Notes under the pieces: model-generated | Seen by the model: the letters and a program-made list of their open reading frames with translations, nothing else | The model's database searches: none | What the model was told of the DNA's origin: nothing | Source of the DNA: Candidatus Zixiibacteriota bacterium | Lineage (GTDB): Bacteria; Zixibacteria; MSB-5A5; UBA10806; 4484-95 | Assembly: GCA_037441845.1 (NCBI GenBank) | Contig: JBBIRK010000007.1 | Coordinates: 98,575 to 162,574, forward strand | Length of the DNA stretch: 64,000 bases | Direction of reading: 5' to 3' | Translations under genes and position numbers: made by a program | Shown: in pieces, positions 28,962-38,683 of the stretch | Numbering within the stretch: the stretch's first letter is position 1 | Layout of the letters: each line of letters opens with the position of its first letter

Positions 28962-29620
28962 CAGAGGAGCTTATGTCCGTTGATCTCGAGTTCGAATTTC
29001 AGGCCGAGAAATTCGGCGGCGCGTCGGCATACGACCATCCGTGAAAGAAATATCTCGAAATATTCCATCACAGACGAGATCGAGGTATCGATATTTATAT
29101 CGAGAACCACCTTGCGCTTGATTTCATCGACACGCAAGAACGATGACTTGGCGGCCCAATTGACCCGGTCATGAATATCGCTTTTAATGAATTCGGGGTT
29201 ACGGACGCGCGATTTATGCACATCCGATTTGTCGGCCAAAATGACGGCGGCGCAGATATCCGAAATCGGCTTGCCATCGCGCTCGTCGTGATTGCCTATG
29301 GCGGCGATGACCTCGATGAGCTCCATATAATCCATTCCCATTTCGCTCAATATCTGCATGGCCATCACCGATGCCGTCTGCGCATGGTAATCGCGGTTGA
29401 TCACATTGCCGATATCATGCAGATAGGCCGCGATCGCCGCCAGCTGGGCGCGCCTTTCGCCCTTGCCCAGACGGATCATGATATTATAAGCTATATTGGC
29501 GGCCAACGAATGGTGACGCTCACCATGCTCGGTATAGCCGATAATTCCGAGATACTCATCGGCTTTGGCTATAAGAGCTTTTACTTTCTCGTTTTTTTTG
29601 ACGTCGTCGATTGTCAGCAA
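28961..29620 (-). CDS. HD-domain metal-dependent phosphohydrolase
   Basis: TEHGERH, AYLHDIGN, GNHDE, LADKSD and DIHDRVN; SD GGAGG before a TTG start. Confidence 0.9.
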   Translation of the reverse strand: MLTIDDVKKNEKVKALIAKADEYLGIIGYTEHGERHHSLAANIAYNIMIRLGKGERRAQLAAIAAYLHDIGNVINRDYHAQTASVMAMQILSEMGMDYMELIEVIAAIGNHDERDGKPISDICAAVILADKSDVHKSRVRNPEFIKSDIHDRVNWAAKSSFLRVDEIKRKVVLDINIDTSISSVMEYFEIFLSRMVVCRRAAEFLGLKFELEINGHKLL

Positions 29621-29638
29621 AAAAAATCCTCCATAAAG

Positions 29639-29667
29639 ATGTTAAGATGTTTATCGAATCCGGTCAA
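29639..29667 (-). promoter_or_regulatory. Putative sigma-70 promoter of the HD-purM-gpmI-lnt-glycan operon
   Basis: TTGACC-N17-TAACAT. Confidence 0.65.
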
Positions 29668-29787
29668 GCGTAAACTCCATTTCCATTCCCTGTCCTAAAC
29701 GCACACCGGTTGTATATTTATCTTATCGGAAAATGTTTCGCAAAACCGCAATCCGCTTAAACCGATAATCCGCGGATCGTCGTTTTT

Positions 29788-32214
29788 TCAAATCATTTCC
29801 CTCGGGTCAACGTCGATTTTGATAGAAACGTTTTTTGATCGCAAAATGTGCCAATTTTCTACGAAATGGCCCAACCACTTTTTGAACTCGGCGGAGAATT
29901 TTCCTTTCAACAAAATCTGATAATGGAATTTGCCGGCCATTCTGAACACCGCCGTCGATGCCGGTCCCAAGACTCTCGCCGTTTTCAAACGACCGGCAAT
30001 CTCCTTTGCCAGGCGCCGGGCCGCCCAGCGCGTAGGCGCATCGTCATCCCCTCGGACCACACACCGAATGAGTTTTCCGAAAGGAGGATAGCCGAGTTCG
30101 CGGCGATGCTCGATCTCGACCTTAAAAAACGATTCGAAATCCTGAGCGGCCGCCAGTTCGATAAGCCATGACGATGAATTGAAAGATTGAATCACGAATT
30201 CCCCGCCGTCGGCGAAATAGGCCGAGCGACCGGCCCGCCCGCCGGCCTGCACCAAAAGCGCGAAAACCTTCTCGGTCGCCCGGAAATCTGGCAGATGAAG
30301 TCCGGCGTCGGCGAGCACGACTCCCACCATACCGACTTTGGGGAAATGATGCCCCTTGGCGACCATCTTGGTTCCGAGAAGCACCGGAGATTGTCCCAAT
30401 TCGAAATCCGCGATAATCTTTTCGATCGCCCCTTTGCGCCGGGTCGAATCGCTGTCCATGCGGATAATGCCGCGCTCGCCCAGAATGCCCCGCAGAAGCT
30501 CTTCCAACTTTTGCGTGCCCAGCCCCCGGTGGTCGAAATCGTTTCCCCCACAGCCTTCGCAGACGGTAGGAGCCGGCTGAGCCGCCCCGCAATAGTGGCA
30601 GATCATCCTCGATGCCGACCTGTGATAGGTCATGGCGATTTTGCAATCGTCGCAGATTATCATACGGCCGCAAGTGCGACAAATAAGCATCCCCGAATAG
30701 CCGCGCCGATTCAGCAGAAGAACCACCTGATTCCCTTCCGCCACGTGCCAGCAGATACGCTCTATGAATTGCTCCGAAAGCGGCCACATATTATAATCGA
30801 TCTCGGCGGTCCTAAGATTGATGCTAAAGGATTTAGGCATCGGGCCGCCGGAGACTCTCTGGGGGAGCCGCAACAGCTCGAACTTATTTTTCAGAGCGTT
30901 ATGATAACTTTCCATCGAGGGAGTCGCCGAGCCGAGGATAACCACCGCTTTTTCGAGACGGGCGCGCATCAAGGCGACGTCGCGGGCATTGTATCGGGGA
31001 GCCGGATCGGACTGCTTGTACGAATCATCCTGCTCTTCGTCGATTACGATCAACCCCAAGCGGCGCAACGGTGCAAAAACGGCAGACCGCACTCCGACAA
31101 TAACTCTCAGCTCACCGGCATTAGCTTTCCTGTAAAGTTCGTAACGCTGTCCGACGGTCGTGCGCGAATGCCAGACGCCGACAGGTTGGCCGAGAGCGTT
31201 GGAAAACCGACTTACCGCCTGCGGGGTCAGCGATATCTCCGGCACCAAAATCAAAACCGATTTTCCGAGCGAAAGTGCATGTCCGGCGGCCTCTATATAA
31301 ACCTGGGTTTTCCCTGATCCGGTCACCCCATGCAAAAGAAACGATCGCTCGGCTCCGGAGTCGATCGCCGAAATTATCGTAGCCTTCGCCTTAAGCTGAT
31401 CGGCGGTCAACGGCGGAGCGGGGGTTGGCCGCTTCGGCGGTTGCACGATCGATTCGACATTTTTGCGAATGATCTTGACTATATTTTTGCGGGAGAGTCT
31501 TAATATTTCTTTACGGGAAATGCCGAAGTTCTCTACTTCCGTGAGCGGCAAACCCGTCGGGAAATTTTTCAATGCAGCCAAAACCTCCACTTCCCTTTCG
31601 CTGAAATCGGACAGGCTTTCCAAGTCGGCCTTCTCTTCCTCGATCATCGCCGTCAATCGACCGGCGACTCCCGGGGGTGTCGTTTTCGCCGTCAAACGCA
31701 AGTATCCATCGGCCAACATTCTTTTAAGCATCGCCGAACCCACCCCGGGGATCGGATTGCCCGTTGTCTTGAATATGTATGTGCCGGGCTTATTCTTTAC
31801 CAGCTCATAAGCGTATTTCTGCTTTTTATCCGATGGGACCTGGTCGCCCGCCTCGATCGTCATTTGTAATCGGGTCATAGTCCCCGGAGGGTATGCGGCC
31901 CGAAACACTTCTGCGGGGGAACATATGTAGTATTCGGCCATCCAGCGAAACAGGTCGAACATCTCCGGGGAAATAGTAAGGGCGGGATCGAGCAGTGCGC
32001 GGATTTCCCGAAGTTTGCTGCGAGGAACCGTAGTCGTATCGGCTAAGTTCATCACCATACCGACCACCAATCTTCCCCGCAACGGTACCACCACCGGCGT
32101 TCCGACATTCAGATTTCCGGTGAGCGCCCGGGGAACCAGGTAAGTGAAATTACCCGGCCCGGTATTGGGTATCGCTACTTCAGCATACACTTTCGATTTT
32201 GATGGCGATCGCAA
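29788..32214 (-). CDS. priA: Primosomal protein N' (replication restart helicase)
   Basis: GVTGSGKT, LVPEISLTPQ, IDEEQ, LGSATP, four CxxC pairs and DVDP at the C-terminus. Confidence 0.97.
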   Translation of the reverse strand: MRSPSKSKVYAEVAIPNTGPGNFTYLVPRALTGNLNVGTPVVVPLRGRLVVGMVMNLADTTTVPRSKLREIRALLDPALTISPEMFDLFRWMAEYYICSPAEVFRAAYPPGTMTRLQMTIEAGDQVPSDKKQKYAYELVKNKPGTYIFKTTGNPIPGVGSAMLKRMLADGYLRLTAKTTPPGVAGRLTAMIEEEKADLESLSDFSEREVEVLAALKNFPTGLPLTEVENFGISRKEILRLSRKNIVKIIRKNVESIVQPPKRPTPAPPLTADQLKAKATIISAIDSGAERSFLLHGVTGSGKTQVYIEAAGHALSLGKSVLILVPEISLTPQAVSRFSNALGQPVGVWHSRTTVGQRYELYRKANAGELRVIVGVRSAVFAPLRRLGLIVIDEEQDDSYKQSDPAPRYNARDVALMRARLEKAVVILGSATPSMESYHNALKNKFELLRLPQRVSGGPMPKSFSINLRTAEIDYNMWPLSEQFIERICWHVAEGNQVVLLLNRRGYSGMLICRTCGRMIICDDCKIAMTYHRSASRMICHYCGAAQPAPTVCEGCGGNDFDHRGLGTQKLEELLRGILGERGIIRMDSDSTRRKGAIEKIIADFELGQSPVLLGTKMVAKGHHFPKVGMVGVVLADAGLHLPDFRATEKVFALLVQAGGRAGRSAYFADGGEFVIQSFNSSSWLIELAAAQDFESFFKVEIEHRRELGYPPFGKLIRCVVRGDDDAPTRWAARRLAKEIAGRLKTARVLGPASTAVFRMAGKFHYQILLKGKFSAEFKKWLGHFVENWHILRSKNVSIKIDVDPREMI

Positions 32215-32377
32215 ACGTTATTTTCGGAATCGTCGCGATATTTGCATAAAATCAATCGGCGGCCCGGCTGCTGACCAGCGCCGATGCCGCCCTTAAGCGA
32301 TTCGACCGTTGTCGTCAACGGTAATTTTTCAATTTTCCGTCATTCACATTCCGATATGACGTGATATAGAGTCCCGG

Positions 32378-33418
32378 CTACTTGCCTGCCTTGCAATTCT
32401 CATATTTGGCGAAAGCGGCCTGGGCTTCTTTTTGCATCTTCAATCTCAAATAGGTCTGCGATAACAAGTCCCAGCCTTCGCAGTTGGTCGGATTGGCCTC
32501 GGTGAATTTCTCCAGCATGACGCGGGCATCATCGAGGCGGCCGCATTGTATCAGCGAAAGCGCATAATTGATCTTGGCCTCGTTGTCTTGAGGAATCAAC
32601 TCCACCACGTGCCCGAACGCATCGGCGGCCTTGCAATAGTCTTTTCTCTGGAAATACATAAGGCCGATATTGAACCATCCGTCAGGATTGCTGGAGTCGA
32701 GACCGAGCGCCTTTTCGTAATCTTGCAGCGCTCGAGCGGTGTCATTGGCGACCATGGCCAGTTTGCCCAACTGAAAATAAACATCCGCATTCGTCGGGTC
32801 GCGCTTTATTATCCGATAATAGGCCGACTCGGCCTGCGGGTATTTCTGGAAATCGATGCACATGGTTGCGAAATTCTCGAGCACGACCATTGAATCGGGA
32901 GCCAATTCGTACGCATGATAGCTTAAATTGTAGGCTTCCTCTTTATTGCCCAACTGATGAGCCATGACCGCGGCGTTGATATACGACTCGTAGCGGGCGG
33001 GCCAGACGATACCGCTGTTTTTAAAAGATACGAGGGCGGCTTCGAGCTCCTGATTATTAGCCTGAGCTTTGCCTTTTTCGAACAGGTCTTTCCAAGTGAT
33101 CTGGCGCAAATAATCGTTATCCGCTTTCAGTTTGGGCGCCAGCGAATCGGATTTGTCGAGAGCATCGGCCAGTTCCTGATATTTCCCCTCGATCAAATAA
33201 AGCCTGGCCAGATATTGATAAACTTCGCCGTTGTTGGGATACTTGGCAACGGCTTCCTGGAGATTATGCCTTACGCGCTCGATATCCGGATTGGCCCGCG
33301 GCTTTTTCATCGTTCCCATCTCGATCTTGACCGTACGCAGCTCTTTGGGCGCGCATCCTATGAAAACCAGGCCGGCGATCAAGCCCACGGCCAATAACGC
33401 GTTGATCAACCTATTCAT
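32378..33418 (-). CDS. TPR-repeat lipoprotein
   Basis: Lipobox FIGC after a hydrophobic stretch and multiple TPR-like repeats. Start reassigned using SD GGAGG at 33423-33427. Confidence 0.85.
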   Translation of the reverse strand: MNRLINALLAVGLIAGLVFIGCAPKELRTVKIEMGTMKKPRANPDIERVRHNLQEAVAKYPNNGEVYQYLARLYLIEGKYQELADALDKSDSLAPKLKADNDYLRQITWKDLFEKGKAQANNQELEAALVSFKNSGIVWPARYESYINAAVMAHQLGNKEEAYNLSYHAYELAPDSMVVLENFATMCIDFQKYPQAESAYYRIIKRDPTNADVYFQLGKLAMVANDTARALQDYEKALGLDSSNPDGWFNIGLMYFQRKDYCKAADAFGHVVELIPQDNEAKINYALSLIQCGRLDDARVMLEKFTEANPTNCEGWDLLSQTYLRLKMQKEAQAAFAKYENCKAGK

Positions 33419-33431
33419 CATTCCTCCACCA

Positions 33432-34811
33432 TTAGTTGTATTGAATCGAATAAGACAGCGTCGTCTCGCCCTCTGCGGGCACATTTACTTCAAATTCAAT
33501 CCGATAATTGTCGACTTTCCTGAACGGCAGACTGCTTTTCACGATTTTCCATTCCCGCCATCCCTGAGGATGCTCGACAACTTTAACGACTATATCCTCT
33601 TTTTTATGGTTTTTCAAGCCTATTTCGTAGGTCTCGCGGAAATAATATCCCTGAGCGCCCAGGTCTTCTCGACTGACCAGTTTTCGCGTTCCCGTGATAT
33701 CGAAGGCATCGCCCAGATACACCCTGACCATTTCGTCTTTGGGCGTATGATCTATCATATCCTCACCGATAAATTGAAGCGCGCCTTTGGAGTCGGCCTT
33801 ATAGACGCGGATAGCGCCTTTCGGCAACGGAATCCCGAGACCGGCCTTTGACGAATTTTCGAATTCGAGATATGTTTTTATTTTGAACCGATCGTCGCTT
33901 CCTCTGCGGTAATATCCGGTCGCATCGGCGATAAAAACCTTTTGCGCCTTGGTTCGGGTGGGAGAGACCAGCGTTAATTGTTTAATCTCTCGGTCGTTAA
34001 TCGTCGCTTTGCGCTCGAGCGTGTAGAGATGATATTCGAAAAACTCTTCTTCGGCGAAAGCCGCTCCCATGAGAACATCCGCTTTGCGCATGACCTCGTA
34101 GTCGGGCACACCCTTGGCGGTCGGCAGGCGATGAACATCCCCGGCCACCAATTTCAAAGTCGCATCCTCGAAACTCGAGCCGCATTGGTTGTTGATAGTC
34201 ACCCAACCGGACAAGTCGATATGGCTCTCGTCGTCGGCGACGACCGCCACGTAGTCGGCCGCCCAGCTGATGCCGTTGGTTAGATAGCTGACTTCGCAGC
34301 GGCGTTTTCCTGCCGAATTCGCATTCAAGAGCCAACGCAATGACGGCTTGATATAGAGCCCCTCGGGCAACGACGGAAACTTATAATCGGCGATTTTGGC
34401 AGCGGCCACTACCGCCACCTCGCCGTCGGGCGATCGCAGAATAATGCTCTTGCCGTCGGCCGACAGCAGCTCCCCGGAGTAGCGCCGGTCATCTTCGCCC
34501 ACCAGAGTGATGTTCTTGCCCAAATACCGGTTCAGCAAAGCCTCGGTCGATACCAGATCATAGGCGAAGTTTTGCTCGATGATTTTGGCGGAATTATCAT
34601 CGAGGCAGTTGAAATTCACGCTTTGCGGAATAATCCGCGAGGCCACGTCGTCGAAATTTATTCTGGTAGTACCCTTATCGATGCTGATATCTCTTATTTC
34701 GCGGACAAGCCCGAGATCCTCGTTATAAACCGTTAAATAAACCTCTGCGGATACCCCGAGGCAAAACAACGGTATTAAGAAGGCCGTCAAGGCGATTATC
34801 GATTTTCGCAT
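33432..34811 (-). CDS. Exported DUF4139-family protein
   Basis: Signal peptide, LTVYN.DLGLVRE, EQNFAYDL, SYLT.GISW.ADY, EYHLYTL and PLPKG.IRVY…GED.IDHTP. Confidence 0.8.
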   Translation of the reverse strand: MRKSIIALTAFLIPLFCLGVSAEVYLTVYNEDLGLVREIRDISIDKGTTRINFDDVASRIIPQSVNFNCLDDNSAKIIEQNFAYDLVSTEALLNRYLGKNITLVGEDDRRYSGELLSADGKSIILRSPDGEVAVVAAAKIADYKFPSLPEGLYIKPSLRWLLNANSAGKRRCEVSYLTNGISWAADYVAVVADDESHIDLSGWVTINNQCGSSFEDATLKLVAGDVHRLPTAKGVPDYEVMRKADVLMGAAFAEEEFFEYHLYTLERKATINDREIKQLTLVSPTRTKAQKVFIADATGYYRRGSDDRFKIKTYLEFENSSKAGLGIPLPKGAIRVYKADSKGALQFIGEDMIDHTPKDEMVRVYLGDAFDITGTRKLVSREDLGAQGYYFRETYEIGLKNHKKEDIVVKVVEHPQGWREWKIVKSSLPFRKVDNYRIEFEVNVPAEGETTLSYSIQYN

Positions 34812-34889
34812 AATGCTCCTTGCAATTTAATTCCGATCTAGAATCCTGCTCCGATTTTTCGTCATACGCAATATTTATCGTCAACGGGC

Positions 34890-35624
34890 TCAGGGCAATC
34901 TTTTTTTGAGAACTGCGATATATTGTGGTCCGTTCGATTCGATGAGGCGGCTGATCATCCAACCGGTATCGGAGACGATCCGGGACATCTCCTCTGGTGA
35001 AACGAATAGGTATTCGAACCAAGGGGTAACGAATCGCTTGTGGCGCACCCGCAGACGAAGCTGTCCGGGCAGCTTTCCCTCCTTCAAGTTCTTTCGCTGG
35101 TAATCGAGATGTTCTTTTATGTGGGTCGCCGCCGGATTCACCGTTTCGGCTAAGATTCTCGCATTGGGCGTCGTCATCCCGAAAAGTCTTTTGAAGATAC
35201 GACGGGCACGTAGGGGGTTTCCGACCAGCCCGAAATTATTGCCGAACATGATCACCGTGTCGAAAATTCCGATCCGCCGCGAAATCTGCATGATCGAAAG
35301 CGGTTTCACCTGGGAGGCCCCCCTTCTTCGACATACCTCGAGCGCCAGCGGAGAAACATCGATACCGAGAACATCGAACCCGCGTTTTTGCAGATGGAGC
35401 AACACGCGACCGGCGCCGCAGCCGATATCGAGCACCTTTCCGCGGACGAACCGCATCGATTTCTTTTCGATATCAGGCCAGCGCCGGTAATCGGCGAAAT
35501 AGGAACGGCCGACGTCGCTCGAATCGAAATAGCCGTCGTCCCGCTCGATTATTTCCCACGAATAGCCATAAGTAAGATAATCGAGCATCTCATGCCCGAA
35601 TGCATCCTGATGATTCTTAATCAT
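34890..35624 (-). CDS. Class I SAM-dependent methyltransferase
   Basis: VLDIGCGAGR, GIDVSP and FDTVIMFGNN. Confidence 0.9.
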   Translation of the reverse strand: MIKNHQDAFGHEMLDYLTYGYSWEIIERDDGYFDSSDVGRSYFADYRRWPDIEKKSMRFVRGKVLDIGCGAGRVLLHLQKRGFDVLGIDVSPLALEVCRRRGASQVKPLSIMQISRRIGIFDTVIMFGNNFGLVGNPLRARRIFKRLFGMTTPNARILAETVNPAATHIKEHLDYQRKNLKEGKLPGQLRLRVRHKRFVTPWFEYLFVSPEEMSRIVSDTGWMISRLIESNGPQYIAVLKKRLP

Positions 35625-35798
35625 AGAGGATACGGCTCTTTCTCATGATAACCAGCCGGGCGATAGTTGGATTTCACGATTAACAATAATAAGATTACGA
35701 TTCGCAAAAGGCAAAAGCTTTATGCGCAATCAAGCTTCGGAAAAAAGACTGGAAGATGAATCAGGGCGTCGATTGGAGGGTTGATTTCGTTTTTACGA

Positions 35799-38462
35799 TT
35801 ACCAGCCGGTCAAACTCTCAAGATTTTTATTCAGCTTTTCGATAATTTGATCGGTCTTTTTGAGCTTTTCTTTTTCGGTTTCGATTATTTCGGCCGGGGC
35901 ATTGGCCATAAAATCGGAGTTGTTGAGCTTTTTTTGTATCTTTTCGAGATAAGCGCGTTTTTGCTCGAGTTCCTTTTCCAGCCGGGCTCTTTCCTGCTCG
36001 ATATCGATCAAACCCTCGAGCGGGATAAAAATCTCCGCGCCCGGAATCACCGCCGATGCCGAAAGCGGCGGTTTTGCCATCTCGATCGATGCCAGCACCT
36101 CGCCCGAGTGGGCCAGATTTTTGACCTCTTCTTTATGATCGTTCAGCATCCGGGCCGTATCCGGGTTTTCGCATCGGACGAGAACGCGGGGCTTTTTCGA
36201 TGGCGGCACGTCGAGGTCGCTGCAGGCGGCTCTGACCGCCTCAGCCAGGCGGATTATGGTCCCCACGTCTTCCTCGAGTTGCTGGTTTATATAGCGAAGC
36301 GGCATTTCCGGCCAGGGTTGTGTGGAGATGCTGCTTTGCGCTTGATCTTCCAGTAACAGTTTCCATATGGCCTCGGTTATGAACGGCATGAACGGATGCA
36401 GCATCTTGAGAATGCTAAGCAGCACGAAAGAGGCGCATTCTCGGGCGACCTGAGCCGATCCGGCAGCGGCGTCCCGCTTATCGGCAAGGCGAGGCTTGAT
36501 CATTTCCAGATAATTGCTGCAATAGTCGTTCCAGGCGAAATCGTATGCCGCCTTGGCTGCGGTGGAAAAACGGAATCCCGAAAGATAATTATTGATCAAA
36601 CCGAGGGTTCTGGTAAGTCGGGAAAGTATCCAGCGATCGGGCATCTCGAGCGATTCGTCATCGAGCTTCATATCGGCGCGTATTTTATAGTCGCCCAGAT
36701 TCATTCTGACGAAACGGGATGCGCTCCAAAGTTTGTTTGCGAAATTGCGCCCTATCTCGAAAGTTTTTTCGGATATCGAGGGGTCCTGTCCCTCCGGCGT
36801 GACCAGCATCAGCGATGCCCGCAGGGCGTCCGCACCGTAATTTTTAATTATCAACAACGGGTCAATCCCGTTACCTAACGATTTCGACATCTTGATCCCG
36901 TTGGCGTCGCGCACCGTGCCGTGGATATAAACATCGCTGAATGGCTCAACCCCCATAAACTCATACGATGCCATCACCATGCGCGCCACCCAGAGGTAAA
37001 TTATCTCGGAGGCGGTGAACAATGCGCGGGTGGGGAAAAATTTTTCGAGTTCCGGCGTTTTATCGGGCCAACCAAAAGTCGAAAACGGCCACAACCAGGA
37101 GGAAAACCAGGTGTCGAGCACATCTTCGTCCTGATCGATATGGCCGCCGCCGCATCCGGGGCAAGTCGATGGTCGCGCGCCGGCAACCGTGATCTGATTG
37201 CAGTCGCGACAGTAGTAAACGGGAATACGGTGGCCCCACCAGAGCTGGCGCGATATGCACCAATCGCGGACATTTTCCAGCCAATGAAGATAGGTCTTCA
37301 CCCAATGTTCGGGATGGAATCTCAATTTGCCTGAACGGACCGCGGCAATCGCCGGCTCGGCAAGCGGTTTCATTTTCACGAACCATTGCAGCGATAAGAA
37401 CGGCTCCACCACCGCTCCGCAACGATAACAAGTGCCCGATATCAACTGGTAATTTTCGATTTTGAGCAGATAGCCTTTTTGTTTCAGCTCCTCGACAAGT
37501 TTCTGTCGTGCGTCAAGCCGGTCGAGCCCGGAGTATTTGCCGGCGTTATCGTTAAGCGTTCCGTCTCGGTTCAAGATGTTGATTTTCTCGAGATTATGCC
37601 GCTGCGCCACCTCGAAATCGTTGGGATCGTGAGCGGGAGTTATCTTGACTACCCCGGTGCCGAATTGGGGGTCCACGTAGTTGTCGGCTATGATCCGCAG
37701 CTGACGATCCAGAATAGGCAATATGGCCGTCTGCCCGATATACTGCTTATAGCGCTCGTCCTCCGGATTCACCGCCAGCGCGGTGTCGCCGAGCATCGTC
37801 TCCGGCCGGGTGGTTGCGACCGCCAAATATTCATCGCGGCCTTTCAATTTATACCTGATATAATAAAGAAAAGAATCGACCTCTTCGCGCTCGACCTCAT
37901 CGTCGGACAACGTCGTCAGACAATCGGGGCACCAATTGACTATCCGCTCGCCGCGATAGATCAAACCCTTATTATAAAGCCGGACGAAAACCTCGGTGAC
38001 TGCGCGTGAAAGCCCCTCATCCATAGTAAATCTGGTGCGGGACCAATCACAGCTGCAACCGATCTTGCGTAACTGATTTATGATCTGCGGGAATTTTTCT
38101 TCTTTCCATTTCCAGACCCTCGCGACGAATTTTTCCCGACCCAGATCATGCCGCGACAACCCTTCTCTGGCCAGATTTTTTTCGACCACGACCTGAGTGG
38201 CTATTCCGGCGTGATCAACCCCGGGCAGCCACTCGGTCTCGAACCCCTGCATCCGTTTCCAGCGGATAAGCACATCCTGAAGCGTATTGTTCAGAGCATG
38301 TCCGAGATGCAGAACATCCGTTACATTCGGCGGAGGAATCACCACCGAAAACGGTTTCTTTTTGCTGCTCGGATCGCCCACGAATATCCCCTTGGCCAGC
38401 CATTCTTCGTAAATGGCGTTCTCGAATTGAGCGGGGTCGTATGCTTTGGGAATTTCAGCCAT
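35799..38462 (-). CDS. valS: Valine--tRNA ligase
   Basis: PPPNVT..LHLGH (HIGH), DHAGIATQ, TTRPET, WCISRQLWWGH, KMSKS and a C-terminal coiled coil. Start set at MAEIPK. Confidence 0.98.
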   Translation of the reverse strand: MAEIPKAYDPAQFENAIYEEWLAKGIFVGDPSSKKKPFSVVIPPPNVTDVLHLGHALNNTLQDVLIRWKRMQGFETEWLPGVDHAGIATQVVVEKNLAREGLSRHDLGREKFVARVWKWKEEKFPQIINQLRKIGCSCDWSRTRFTMDEGLSRAVTEVFVRLYNKGLIYRGERIVNWCPDCLTTLSDDEVEREEVDSFLYYIRYKLKGRDEYLAVATTRPETMLGDTALAVNPEDERYKQYIGQTAILPILDRQLRIIADNYVDPQFGTGVVKITPAHDPNDFEVAQRHNLEKINILNRDGTLNDNAGKYSGLDRLDARQKLVEELKQKGYLLKIENYQLISGTCYRCGAVVEPFLSLQWFVKMKPLAEPAIAAVRSGKLRFHPEHWVKTYLHWLENVRDWCISRQLWWGHRIPVYYCRDCNQITVAGARPSTCPGCGGGHIDQDEDVLDTWFSSWLWPFSTFGWPDKTPELEKFFPTRALFTASEIIYLWVARMVMASYEFMGVEPFSDVYIHGTVRDANGIKMSKSLGNGIDPLLIIKNYGADALRASLMLVTPEGQDPSISEKTFEIGRNFANKLWSASRFVRMNLGDYKIRADMKLDDESLEMPDRWILSRLTRTLGLINNYLSGFRFSTAAKAAYDFAWNDYCSNYLEMIKPRLADKRDAAAGSAQVARECASFVLLSILKMLHPFMPFITEAIWKLLLEDQAQSSISTQPWPEMPLRYINQQLEEDVGTIIRLAEAVRAACSDLDVPPSKKPRVLVRCENPDTARMLNDHKEEVKNLAHSGEVLASIEMAKPPLSASAVIPGAEIFIPLEGLIDIEQERARLEKELEQKRAYLEKIQKKLNNSDFMANAPAEIIETEKEKLKKTDQIIEKLNKNLESLTGW

Positions 38463-38487
38463 CATCTTGCCTTTCGACAAGTTTATT

Positions 38488-38516
38488 AAAATAGAAACCC
38501 GGCCTCCCGATGTCAA
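38488..38516 (-). promoter_or_regulatory. Putative sigma-70 promoter of valS
   Basis: TTGACA-N17-TATTTT, ~25 nt upstream of the start. Confidence 0.65.
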
Positions 38517-38683
38517 GCCAATCTCTGATTGCTCTTATCGGGAATAATTCGATTCGAATTACGCCGGACGAGATGAAATATCGATTTCCCCCGGCGCCGT
38601 TTACCGTTTCTCACAATATCTATGGCAATTTCGCCGCCCTCGATATAGATTCAAACGGAATAATCCGCGATAAGGAGGCCTCG

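Noticed and set aside
29621..29787. Possible purine/ZTP riboswitch ahead of the purM-containing operon
   Set aside because: The promoter is within ~20 nt of the first start codon and no aptamer motif was recognised.
30187..31317. 376-aa + strand ORF
   Set aside because: Antisense shadow of priA with no recognisable motifs; typical of GC-biased codon usage.
38463..38683. Possible T-box leader upstream of valS
   Set aside because: The promoter lies ~25 nt from the start, leaving no room, and no T-box motif was seen.
38510..38683. 58-aa N-terminal extension of DUF362 in the ORF track (similar over-extensions for murC, murD, GT2, GT4, TPR, cupredoxin and YbhB)
   Set aside because: Downstream starts have SDs, signal peptides or stop/start overlaps; the extensions are longest-ORF artifacts.
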